This document shows, one piece after another, positions 12,415-24,135 of a stretch of 64,000 nt of DNA. A program made the translations under genes and the position numbers. This DNA comes from Mobula hypostoma (Eukaryota): NCBI RefSeq assembly GCF_963921235.1, contig NC_086097.1, positions 242,918,001-242,982,000 of the forward strand, given 5' to 3'. Position 1 is the stretch's first letter, and every line of letters begins with the position of its first letter. The notes beneath the pieces are model-generated. The model had not been told where the DNA came from and did no database searches. It worked only from the letters and a program-made list of their open reading frames with translations.

Positions 12415-12650
12415 TTTCCTCTCCGCGCCTTGTAGCGTATCGGGCGGCAACCTTACCATTTCTTTAGCATTTGTCTATTTTTTTTTAACAAGGCTGAGTT
12501 GCTAGCTCGATGCTGAACCCAGCACGGATGGAAAGCATAGAATAGTACAGCATAGTACAGGCTCTTCGGCATGCAAGGAGTCGGCCGGATTCGAACCTGG
12601 AACCACTCGCCTCGCAGTCCGGTGTGGACGACTATACCACTGGCCGGCTG
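12415..12650 (-). mobile_element. tRNA-derived SINE with 14 bp TSD
   Basis: A/B boxes (gtggtatagtcg; ggttcgaatcc). TSD atgagattattgtt at 12401-12414 and 12652-12665. Confidence 0.85.
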
Positions 12651-14098
12651 AATGAGATTATTGTTCGACTAAGTTCGACGTATGTTTGTCTCTAAACACA
12701 GCAGAGCTACAGTTGATTCCCATCTCTCTCCACATTTCTTTCTTATCAGACTTCTGCTTTTGATGCTGTTCATTAGCATACGGGGGAGGTATGGCTACCA
12801 CATCGAGAGATACTGTGTTTTTCCCAATCCACGGACAAAATTGAACATCGTGAGCAGGCACTTGCGGGCTGCCCCCAGCACATCCTTGGGTGTGTTGGTT
12901 GTTAACACGAACGATGCATGGTTGGGGTATAGAGGTCTGTGGCCCCAGTGCAGGTCAATGGAAGTTGACAGTTTAAATGGTTTGGCATGGACTAGATGGG
13001 CCAAACAGCCTGCTTCTGTGCTATGACTATGACTGAATGATGCATTTCACTGCATCTTTTGATGTACATGTGATAAATAAACTTGAATCTTTGACGTCTG
13101 TAAGAACGGATGTTATCTGGGAATGGCTGGTACTATAAAAGGGAACTGATGTGGACTTGGGAAATCTGTACTGAAAAACGCAGTGCTCGGAAATCTGAGG
13201 TTGCAGCCGAGGCACACTTAATTGAAAGCAAGTAATGGAAAGCATTTTGCAAATGCTGATATGCATTTGGATTCAGTCATTAACCAGCACCATTAAACAT
13301 TATTACTGTGAGCTTGAAAAAGATTTTAAAAAGTGCAAAGGAGAATTTGCACATAATCCGATTCCTGCAAGTCATTTGTAAGACAGGAATCCTTTGTAAT
13401 TCATTCCAGAGAACAATCAGCTAGAGTGTCGCTGTTATAGAGTATGACATCAAAGTCCAGTTCAATTCCAGTGTCCGCTGTAAGGAGTTTGTACGTTCTC
13501 CCCATGACTGTTTCGGTTTCCTCTGGGTGTTCCGGTTCCCTCCTGTAGTCCAAAGATGCAGCAGTTAGTAGGTTTACTGGTAGTTGTCCTGTGATGGGTC
13601 TAGGTAGGTTACTGGCTGGGTGTTGGAAGGACCTGCTGTGTGTGTATCGCTAATGCATTTACAGAGCAACGCTCCTCAGAACAACTACAGGGAGATGAAT
13701 GATCAATAAAATGTTGATCATACTGAACGTTACTAAGATTTCATATTACAAGGTATTTGAGATTTTAAAAAATTGGGGTAGTTTAATATGTCCCACCTAT
13801 CTCTTGTTGAAATGGAAAAATTAACACCCTGGATTTGCTGATTCAGTAAAAGGCAACTGCATATATTTATTTCCACAATTCAGTCAATTAAGGAGGAAAT
13901 GTTTGCATTTCTGTAGATTAAAGTATTCAGTCTTGCATAAATAATGTTCAGTCTCAGCTAAATCCACTGTGTGGACTACTGGTTCTATTATCAGCCGAGG
14001 TACACCGTGCCATTTTTCCAATAAAAACAATGCTGAAATCGTTTGCATTTTAACAATGTTGTCATTATAGCGTTGAAACTTCCATTGGTTGGTTAGAT

Positions 14099-14321
14099 CA
14101 GTGGTCCCCAATCACCGGGCCGTGGACCAGTACTGGGCCGCAAAGCATGTGCTACCGTGCCACGAGGAAACGATATGATTTGGTGATGTGGAACGATATG
14201 AGTCAGCTGCAGCTTTCCTCATTCCCTGTCATGCACTGTTGAACTTGAACACCCCCCCCCCCACCCCTGTCGGCTGGTCCGCAAGAATATTGTCAATATT
14301 AAAAAAGGTTGGGGACCCCTG
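14099..14321. mobile_element. hAT (Charlie-type) MITE
   Basis: TIRs CAGTGGTCCCCAA / TTGGGGACCCCTG; 8 bp TSD ggttagat/ggttaaat. Confidence 0.85.
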
Positions 14322-14602
14322 GGTTAAATTGAGCAAACAGCCTTGTTCAGAAAAGGGGAAGGGAGAGGGGAGGGAGCGGGAAGCACCAGAGAGGCATTCT
14401 GTGATGATCAGTTTGGAATCAAATGGCCTTGCCTGTTGTCTCAGGGCTGGGCGTGTCTGCACCCGTACCATTCCCCACCACTGGCACTCCTTCTCTGCCA
14501 CTTGTCCCACATCTCTCCCGCAGCGCCCCACCCTCACCATTCCCAACATACTTTGCTCCCACCAGATTTACAATCCTGCTGTCCGCTCCATATTGCCAAA
14601 TA

Positions 14603-14671
14603 CAGTACTGTGCAAGATTCTTAGGCGATCTAGCTACATGCATATGTGCCTAAGGATTTTGCACAGTACCG
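14603..14671. mobile_element. 69 bp Tc1-type mini-MITE
   Basis: TA-flanked CAGTACTGTGCAAGATTCTTAGGC...GCCTAAGGATTTTGCACAGTACCG. Related copies at 7579-7656 and ~403-450. Confidence 0.7.
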
Positions 14672-14946
14672 TACGTCGATGATAATAAACTCGATTCTGA
14701 TGGGTACAGTCATGTTATTAGATATTTATCATTGTTACAGGTCAGATGGGGTCAGCCTGCACCAGCAAGGCAGAGAGGTCACAAAGGAACAGTAACTGTG
14801 ACAGAGAAAAGCAAGCCCTGGCTTCCCTTTTGTACTGCATAACAGGTTGGGCCAGTCCCAGATAAGAAACCTGTGGAACTGTGACTGATTCCTTTGCAGA
14901 CAGAGGAACTCAGAAGCGTTGAAACAAATTTTCCACAAGTGACTAA

Positions 14947-15657
14947 GGCTACGTCCACACTAGACTGGATAAATCCGTAACCAAAGCTTTTTCTCTTCGT
15001 TTTGACCCTCCGTCCACACTGAAATGGCATTTTTCTCCCCCGAAAACGGAGCTTTTCTAAAACGCTCTGCAGAGTGTGTAAATCTGAAAACGCCGGTTGG
15101 GCGGTGTAGTGTGTACGGGGTAACTGGAGTTTTTTAAAAACGTGCCGGAACAGATGGTGGCGACAGCGCGGCATTTCATTGTTTTCTTGAACGTACATAG
15201 TGTTCTTTATAGCAGTCGAGGATGTCGTTGTATTTGGTTTGGCACAACTCCCAGTCCACGTTCTCCACTGCTTTGCTGACTTTGTAGTCGTTTGTAACTT
15301 GCAGAAGCAGCTTGACTTCATCGTCTGTCCAAACGAAGAAGTCCGGTCTGCTTTTTCCAGCGGAGATTTTCTTTGTATTCCTCGAAGACGTTGCTGAAAA
15401 CTTTCTTTCGCTGTTGTTGTAGGTAGTGTAGTTTTTGGCCAATGGAAATAGCAGAACACCACCGTGGAAATGGAAATAGTATACCGTTTCCTCTTCACTT
15501 GTTTTCTGTAGATGTGTCCTGCGCATGCCCAGTAGGGGGAGATTTGCCCAAATACCCGTTTTAATGTGGACGGAGGTATTTTCAAAAATGCCTGGTGTGG
15601 ACGTCTATCGTTTTTATGCAAAACCGGCGTTTTCAAAATTATCCGGTGGACATAGCC
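14947..15657 (-). mobile_element. PIF/Harbinger deletion derivative retaining a Myb/SANT-like coding segment
   Basis: TIRs GGCTACGTCCAC / GTGGACATAGCC with TAA TSD on both sides. ORF 15176-15526 contains FVWTDDEVKLLL...VDWELCQTKYNDI. Confidence 0.85.
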
Positions 15658-15939
15658 TAAAAGTTTACAGACCATCAGGGAATAACACACACATATCAGC
15701 AAAGATAACGAAAATTGAAACTACAAGGAAAAACACAATAAAAACAACAATCTGCACCCTAATCCAACAAAGGCATAGGTTTAAGGTGAGAGTCGAGAGA
15801 CGAGACACATTTAACAGGAACCTCTGGGTTAATGTATTCCACCCAGACGGTGGACGGTTTGTGGAATGAGCTTCTGGAGGTAGTGATTGAGCCAGGTACA
15901 TTAACAATGTTTAGGATGGTGTTGAATATTGATAGCTTG

Positions 15940-17040
15940 GGTTGAGCGTTTGATGTTGTGATGCTTGCTGAGCTTGGCAATTATCTTGCAGATGTTTCAC
16001 CAGTTGAGGCAACATCCTCAGTGAACAGTTGGTGGTGTCTCCCCCGCATTTATATAGTCCCTTGTTTGCTTGCCTCAGTCCTGATTGGCTACCCCTTCAG
16101 GTGACCTTTGAATTCTATTGGCTCGCATTTCTTTGCCTCTTACGGGTTTGTAAATGGTGTCTATTTCAATATGTTTGTTTACAGAGTTATCAGAAGAGAA
16201 CGACACTTCTAAATATTCTTGTGACACACATCAAAGTTGCTGGTGAACGCAGCAGGCCAGGCAGCATCTCTAGGAAGAGGTACAGTCGATGTTTCGGGCC
16301 GAGACCCTTCGTCAGGACTAACTGAAGGAAGAGCTAGTAAGAGATTTGGAAGTGGGAGGGGGAGGGGGAGATCCAAAATGATAGGAGAAGACAGGAGGGG
16401 GAGGGATGGAGCCAAGAACTGGACAGGTGATTGGCAAAGGGGATATGAGAGGATCATGAGACAGGAGGCCCAGGGAGAAGGAAAAGGGGGAGGGGGGGGA
16501 AAACCCAGAGGATGGGTAAGGGGTATAGTCAGTGGGACAGAGGGAGAAAAAGGAGAGAGAGAGAAAAAGGAGAGAGAGAGAAAGAATGTGTGTATACAAA
16601 TAAATAACGGATGGGGTACGAGGGGGAGGTGGGGCATTAGCGGAAGTTAGAGAAGTCAATGTTCATGCCATCAGGTTGGAGGCTACCCAGATGGAATATA
16701 AGGTGTTCCTATCATTTTGGATCTCCCCCTCCCCCTCCCACTTTCAAGTCTCTTACCAGCTCTTCCTCTTCCTTCAGTTAGTCCTGATGAAGGGTCTCGG
16801 CCCGAAATGTCGACTGTACCTCTTCCTAGAGATGCTGCCTGGCCTGCTGCATTCACCAGCAACTTTTATGTGTGTTGCTTGAATTTCCAACATCTGCAGA
16901 ATTCCTCGTGTTTATGTTTTTAAGTATTCTTGTGCCTGCTTCATGTTTGCCTGTGCCAGAACTTCTGTGGTGTCCCTTGTACTGTCATGTACCGAGATCA
17001 GCAACAGTAGATCATGTCTCTGTACAGCCTACGAATCCCT
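15940..17040 (-). mobile_element. Old Penelope-like element of a second family (GIY-YIG C-terminus plus terminal repeat), interrupted at 16224-16924
   Basis: Minus strand reads AVQRHDLLLLISVH...DTTEVLAQANMKQAQEYLE across the insertion. Degenerate hammerhead CTGAGGA...GAAACATC at ~15987-16025. Confidence 0.65.
16224..16924. mobile_element. Fold-back Penelope-derived element with two hammerhead motifs (16283-16320 minus, 16779-16816 plus)
   Basis: Inverted arms of the same family as 2474-3008. TSD tattcttgtg at 16214-16223 and 16925-16934. Confidence 0.85.
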
Positions 17041-17615
17041 AAGAGCCAAAAGAAATGCAAGCCAAAGATCAGCTGAAGAGGGAGAAAAAAGGACCGAGGC
17101 AAGCGAAAGGGGGTCTACATAAAAATGTTTAAAATGATACTTGGATAGGTACATGGATACGAATGGAGGGATACAAGCCAAACATGGAGAATGGGACTGG
17201 CTTAGCTTGGTCAGCCTGGACCAGATGTGCAGAAAGGCCTGTTACTGTGCTGTATGACATTATCCCTGCCCTTTCTCAATGCAGGTTTTTCCTCCTAACG
17301 TTGGCGAATTGTGCCTGCAGCTATCAACCTTCCTTAATGAGCTTCTTGCATGTACAGACATGCACTGCAGACCTAGCTTTTTAAAGTTTAGCTTTATTTG
17401 TCACACGTACACTGAAACATGGAAGCATACAGTGAGGTGCGTCGTTTGCGTCAATGACCCACACTGTCTGTGGATGTGCTGGAGCCTGCAAAGGTCGCCA
17501 TGCTTCTGAAACCAACATAGCATGCCCTAACCCGAACCAGTACATCTTTGGAAAGTAGGAGGAAACAGATGTGGTCATGCGGTGAATGTACAATCTCCTT
17601 ACAGGCAGTGGTGGG

Positions 17616-18200
17616 TGTTAGAGTGAATTTTTTTGGGTAGATGATTTGTTTACACTTAAATGACTTTGGCCACCAGACTTCTATTTGACAATGCGCTTCC
17701 TAAAAAGATGTGAATACCAGATGCTTCTGGTGCCATAGTTTGACCAGATGCTGTAGTTTCAAAGACAGTATTATCTATACATTATAAATATTAATTGTCT
17801 TCTATGTTAGCATGTAAAATGCCAAGTACATTCCTGAAGGCTGTGGATACCAACCCAGACATGTTGGCGCGGAAGGAAAGGATGGTGTGATATTTTGTAT
17901 GTAGCTTCAATAGGAAGCATTGTCTATGTATTGTCTATAACTTTTTAACTAGCGATTGCCTTTGTAGAAAACCATAGAAACCATAGAAAAACTACAGCAC
18001 AGAAACAGGAATAAGGAAATAATCTATGCCTCTCATATGTGTTTAGCATACAAATATTGAGCCCACATTGAGCTAGCAGACCTTTCTGCGGAAAGCGTCT
18101 CCGTCCGTATGATGCCTGCTGTACCTTGTGTCGAATAAAGAAGCTGCTTTGTATCTACCAGTGACTCTGTCTCTCCAGTAATTTCATCCACTCTACAACA
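17616..18200 (+). mobile_element. Solo LTR inserted in a tRNA-derived SINE
   Basis: TGTT...AACA termini, perfect 5 bp TSD GTGGG, AATAAA at ~18134. The host SINE continues on both sides. Confidence 0.85.
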
Positions 18201-18346
18201 GTGGGAATTGAATCCTGATCACTGGCGCTGTAATAGCGTTGTGCTAAATGCCATGGTACAGTGCCACCTGATATGTCCTTGCCCCTTGACTTAGCCTGGT
18301 CCTGTCTAAAACCCATACTTCTAGCTCTGGGACCACTTATCTCTCT

Positions 18347-18383
18347 CAGTCCTGAAGAAGGGTCTCAGCCCGAAATGTCGACT
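18347..18383 (+). ncRNA. Minimal hammerhead motif in a Penelope terminal repeat fragment
   Basis: cagtc CTGAAGA a gggt ctca gccc GAAA tg TC gact. Confidence 0.6.
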
Positions 18384-18619
18384 ACTTATTCGTTTCCATA
18401 GATGCTGCCTGACCAGCTGAGTTCCTCCAGCATTTTGTGTGTATTTCATTTGCAGATTTTCTCTCGTTTATTATCTCTGTCAATCCATTTTAAACAGATT
18501 TTATTCAAATTCATTACTATCTTCCTGCCAACTGAGTTTAAATTCCTTCATCTAAACCTGGGATCCATGGATCCCTTGTAATGGCATTGGCCATAGCATA
18601 AAAAAGTTTGAGAGGCCCT

Positions 18620-19570
18620 GATCCAGCACTAGAAAACCTGTACAGAGGATACTGGGGTAAAATGCCCCATATCCGACAGACCCTTAACAGTGTTGATGAG
18701 CAGAGGGATCCTGCGGTCCAAGTTTATAGCTGTCTGAAAGTGGCCACACAGGTTGATAGGGTAGTTAAGGTGGCAGGACTCTAAAGGGTCTTGGCCCAAA
18801 ACGTCGACTGTACTCTTTTCCACAGATGCTGCTTGGCCTGCTGAATTCCTCCAGCATTTTGTGTGTGTTGCTTTGGATTTCCAGCATCTGCAGATTTTCT
18901 CTTTGTGGCATATATCATGCTTGCATTTATTAGTCAAGGCATTGAGTTCAAAAGTTAAGAAGTTATGTTGCAGTTTTATAAAACTCTAGTGAGGCTTCAT
19001 CTGGAGTATTGCATACAGTTCTGGTCACCCCATTAAAGGAAGGATGTCAAGCCTTTGGAGAGGGAGCAGAAGAGGTTTACCGGGATGCTGCCTGGATTAG
19101 AGGGCGTGTGATATAACGAGAGGTTGGACAAACTTGGGTTGTTTTCTCTGGAGCGGTGAAGGCTCAGGGGAGATCTGATAGAGGTATACAAGATTATGAG
19201 AGGCATAGATAGAGTAAACAGACTGTATCTTTTTCCTAGGGTTGAAACATCTAATGCCAGAGGGCAATACTTAAGGTGAGAAGGGGTAAAGTTTGGGGAG
19301 ATGTAAGGATGTAAGGGGAAAGTTTTTTTTTAAAAAAGCACAGTGTAGTGAATGCCTGGAATGCGCTGCCAGGGGTGGTGGTAAAGGCAGATACATGAGG
19401 GACTTTTAAGAGACATTTAGATAGGAACATGAATATGAGGAAAATGGAAAGATAAGGCCATTGTGTACGCAGAAGGGATTAGTTTAGTTGGCCATTCGAT
19501 TTCTAATTTATTTGGTTTGGCAAAACACTGTAGGCCGAAGGGCCTGTTCCTGTGTTGTACTCTTCTATAT
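18620..19570 (+). mobile_element. Degenerate CR1 3' fragment with a nested Penelope repeat (~18780-18905)
   Basis: LEYCIQFWSP and RGDLIEVYKIMRGIDR motifs. Confidence 0.8.
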
Positions 19571-21099
19571 TATAACTATTGCCAAAGCTTTAGTAATCGA
19601 AAGCCTCATCCCTGAACCATTGCTTCAGCCACATATTCATGTGTGCCATCTGCCTCCTTCTGTAGCCACATAATACTGCAATTTGACCGAGTGGACTCGC
19701 ACCACCAGGTTCAAGAACAGTCACTCACTATCCCACAACCATCAGGCTCTTGAACGAAAGGGGGTAACTACACTCACTTGCCCGTCCATTGAGATGTTCC
19801 CACAACCAATGATCTCACTTTAAGGACTCCTTACCTTGCCATTTCACGTTCTCGTTATTTATTGCTATTTGCACTTGCACAGTTTGTTTTCTTCTGCACT
19901 CTGGATGATCATTCATTGATCCTGTCACAGTTACTATTCTATAGATTTGCTGGGTATGTCCACAAGAAATGAATCTCAGGGACGTAGATGGGGACATACA
20001 TGTACTTTGACAATAACATTTACCTTGAACTTTTGTTTAAATCAGCAGACTGCCACCAGATGGGAAGCATTTAAAATCACAGGTGCATTGGTCATATGAC
20101 ATAGGGTTGATACTTGCCTAGAAAATTACAAATGGTACATTGGCTGTGAGTGTTGTGCCTGTCAGGGAGCTGGTAGAGTTTAGAACCCTGTGTGGTCTCC
20201 TTCAGTCCTGTGTATCGGGCACCTCTGCACTGGGCTCTGAGTATCAGACCAAGCTCAATAACTATAGACCAGTCAGTTCAAACTCACTGGTTAGGAATGC
20301 CCTAACAGGACAGAATGAGCACCCTCAAAAGCTCTTTAGTACCCCCACTGCCTGTTATAATATCCTTCACATAATGTGGTAAACAGAACTCTGTAGCAGT
20401 TAGCTGTGCCTTAGCTACATCTGGTCTGCATTGCTTGCTTGCTCATTACGTCTTTGATTCAAAATATCCCAGATTCCTTTTTATCCCATGTACCCATCCA
20501 TTGAGGGCACAGACAATATGATCTCCAAGATCTGAGAGGATGCGGTCAAATTGAAGAGTTTCAGCAAAGATGAGACAGAGATTAATTTCTTTAACGAGCA
20601 GAGGACATGAAAGGAGATTTGACTGCGATGATAAACTGCTCAGATTGAACATTTAGCGAGGATGGAGGCAGCAATGCATGGAATTGAAAATTGAAAAAAG
20701 TTGGAAATTCAGCCAGCTTCATCATGGGCATCTGCCTTCCCACCCATCAAGAATATCTACAAAAGGCTGGTCTCAAGAAGACAGCAACCATCATTAAGGA
20801 CTCTCACCATTCAGGACTTATCTTCTTCTCAGTACTGTCACCAGAGAGGAGATGCAGGAGGCTGAAGACAACTCAGTGTTTTCGGAAAAGCTTCTTCTCT
20901 TCCACCATCAGATTTCTGAACTGTCCATGAACTCTGCCTCACTATCTTCTCTCTTTCTCTAATATTTATTTTTTATATTTATTATTGAAACTTACATTTT
21001 TAATGCATTGCACTGTACCGCTGCCACAAACAATAAATTTCACAACATATGTCAGTGATATTAAGCCTGATTCTGATTCAGTAGACAAAGTTGGAGAAG

Positions 21100-21450
21100 T
21101 ATGAAGAAACACTTGTCCTTGCACCTCCTCCCTCACCACCATCTAGGGACTTCAACGGCACCTTCCAGGTTAGACAAAGGTGCATATACATCTCCTCTAA
21201 CCCTGTCTACTGCATTCAGTGTTTCCAGTGTGTCCTCCTCTACATCAACGCAACCAAGCGTAGATTGGGCAACCATCTTGCAAAACATCTACACTTAGTC
21301 CACAATTGCCATCTCGAGCTCCCTATTGCCAACCATTTCAACTCCCCTCCTCATTCCCACACGGACTTGCCCATCCTTCACCTTCTCTATTGCCAGGATG
21401 AAGCCCAACGCAAAAATGAAAGAACAACATCTTATATTCTGCCTGGATAA
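21100..21450 (+). mobile_element. Penelope-like GIY-YIG endonuclease remnant
   Basis: SSNPVYCIQCFQCVLLYINATKRRLGNHLAKH...PIANHFNSPPHSH, resembling the PLE VY-CxxC-YIG endonuclease. Confidence 0.85.
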
Positions 21451-21460
21451 TCTATACGTC

Positions 21461-21998
21461 TGTAATGCGCTGTAATGTTCACCGCTGAAGTAACGGTTTC
21501 TCTGTAGCAGCAATGTTTGGGTTATGGGGGAGATAACTGGACTGTTGATGAATGTTAGCCAATCGGGATTTTGTTGCCATCTTGTGATTCTGGAAGCAGT
21601 TTTTTTTGTGGGCTTTTGCGCGAAGGAGAGGGAGAGATGAAGAGAGAAGACGCAAATGGAGAAATGTGGTAGATCGCTGGACGGGGTGGACTCCAAGCAA
21701 GGGTCCAAAGGAGGAGATCGATGGGGGAAGACGGACTACTGAAACAGCGTGAGCTCCAACTATTGTGCACAGACTGTTTACTAAGATTGGAGCCCTTTTT
21801 CTATTATACTTTGTTTCTCTACTAACCATACAGTCAAAATAAGCATTATAAAGCTTAATCGTTTAATCACATATTGTGTACTGTTCTGTTATTTCGGGGT
21901 CATCGCGCAGCATCTACCCAAACAAGATTTCTTCAGTTTGGTCGGGCAGAGGGGTTATCACCCCCTAGATTAAGCCACTAGAAGAAGCAAGTGTTACA
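21461..21998. mobile_element. Probable solo LTR inserted in the Penelope remnant
   Basis: TGTAAT...GTTACA termini; imperfect 4 bp flanks cgtc/cctc. Confidence 0.55.
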
Positions 21999-22339
21999 CC
22001 TCAATAACAGGTAAACTAAGTTTACCAATTTTAGGTGCCCCCTTTCTCCCTCACCAGCCCCTCCCCTATTTATCATCCCCTGGTCCTCTGCCAAGGTTAA
22101 TGTTATCTAAAAATGTATGTTTCATTGGGTAAAATGCACTGAAACAGAACATGCTCAGATAAAGTTTGGTAAAAGAAAATACCTGGCTTTTGTTTCCATG
22201 TAAAAATAAAACTAATTGAGAAGGAAGAGCTTTATGGCCTGCCGAGAAAATGAATTGGTAGAATTGCCAGCCTTCCTTCTCAATTTATCCTGCAGTTTTC
22301 AGGATTAACCTTAATCTCCCAGACAACACAATGATGCAC

Positions 22340-22955
22340 ATAAACACAAGAGATTCTGCAGATGCTCTGGAAATCCAGAGCAACACACACAAAATGCTGG
22401 AGGAACTCAGCAGGTCAGGCAGCATCTGACGGAGGGGAATAAATAGTCAATGCTTTGGGTCAAGACCCTTCATCAGGACTGGAAAGGAAAGGGGAAAAAG
22501 CCAGATTAATAAGGTGGGGGTAGGGAAGGAGGACAACTAGAAGGTGATAAGTGAAGCCAGGTGGGTGGGGGAGGGGGGATGAAGTAAGAAGCTGGGGATG
22601 GATGGGGTGATGAATGGAAAAGGTAAAGGGCTGAAGAGGAAGGAATCTGATAGGAGAGGAGAGTGGACCATGGGAGAGAGGGAAGGAGGAGAGGCATTAA
22701 GAGGAGGTGATAGGCCAGTGAGGAGAAGAGATAAGAGGGGAGCCAGAGTGGGAAATGGAAGAAGATAAGGGAGAGAGGGAAAATTTAACAGAACTTAGAG
22801 AAACTGATGTTCCTGCCATCAGGCTGGAGGATACCCAGACTCCTCCACCCTGAGAGTGGCTTCATTGTGGCAGTTTAGCAGGCCGTAGATTGACATGTTG
22901 GAATAGGAACCAGGATTGGAATTAAAACAGTTGGCCATTGGGAAACCCATCTTTT
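22340..22955 (-). mobile_element. Penelope 3' end and terminal repeat with a degenerate hammerhead
   Basis: Same terminal repeat family, purine-rich tract and endonuclease tail. Confidence 0.75.
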
Positions 22956-23584
22956 TGAGGGTAGAATGAAAACTAAAGAAACCTTTTGAACACCTCAACT
23001 ACAGCACTGTCAAAAACAAAATGCTCCAAAGCAGAAATACTTTGTGCAGAAACAGTGCAATGTTCCTTAATTGTCGGAAGCAATATTTGCAAATGCTTGC
23101 TTTACAATAAACAGACCTGTGATTCATCAATGTATTGATCATAGTCTTGACAACTTCTAATAATCGTAATACATCATCAGGAATTGTTGAATGTGTGTTG
23201 TAATTTGATAGTCAATTGTAGAGTCGATTTTACAATTAAAATCGACCAAGTCTTACTGCATTTGCCTTTCATCACAATAGGCCTACAGTGGATGCAGTCT
23301 CACTGGCTTTCAAGCGTTGGATCACCTGGACAATAGTAATACTAACCTTAGGCTGTTACTTACTGACTACAGCTCAGCATTCAACACAAGCATACCCTCA
23401 GTTCCAATCAACAAGTTCCAAAACCTGGGCCTCTGCAACTAGATCCTTGACTTCCTCACCAGGAGATCACAGTCAGTACGGATTGGAAGTAACATGTCCT
23501 CCTTGCTGACAGTCAACTCTGGCACACCTCAGGGATATGTGCTTAGCCCAGAGCTCTACACTCTCTACACCCACTGTTGGTAGA

Positions 23585-24135
23585 ATTATAGATGTTATGC
23601 CGAAGTTGTACAAGATGTTGGTGAGGCCTAATGTTGAGTATCGTGTGCAGTTCTGGTGCCTACCTACAAAAAAAAGTTATCAGTAAGATTGAAAGAGTAC
23701 AGAGAAAGTTTACAAGGATATTGCCAAGACTTGAGGACCTGAGCTATAGGGAAAGGTTGAATAGGTTAGGAGGTTATTTTCGGGAGTGTACGAGAATGAG
23801 GGGAGATTTGATAGAGACATACAAAATTATGAGGGGGTATAGATAGAGTAAAAGCAAATAGGCATTTTCCACTGAGGTTGGGTGAGACTAGAACTAGAGG
23901 TCTCTAAAGGTGAAAGGTAAAATGTTTAAGGGGAACATGAGAGGCAACGTCTTCACTCAGAGGGTGGTGAGAGTATAGAACAAGGAAGTGATGGATGCAG
24001 GTTTGATTTCAGCATTCAGGTACATGGATGTGAGGGGTGTAGAGGGCTGTGATCCAGGTGCAGGCTGAGTAATAGTTCGGCATGGACTAGATGGGCCAAA
24101 GGGTCTGTTTCTGTTCTGTAGTGTTCTATGATCTA
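23585..24135 (+). mobile_element. CR1 3' fragment
   Basis: ERVQRKFTRILP...RGDLIETYKIMRG; ttctatg tail. Confidence 0.8.

Noticed and set aside
14779..15702. 307 aa ORF
   Set aside because: Alternative frame across the Harbinger element with no recognisable domain.
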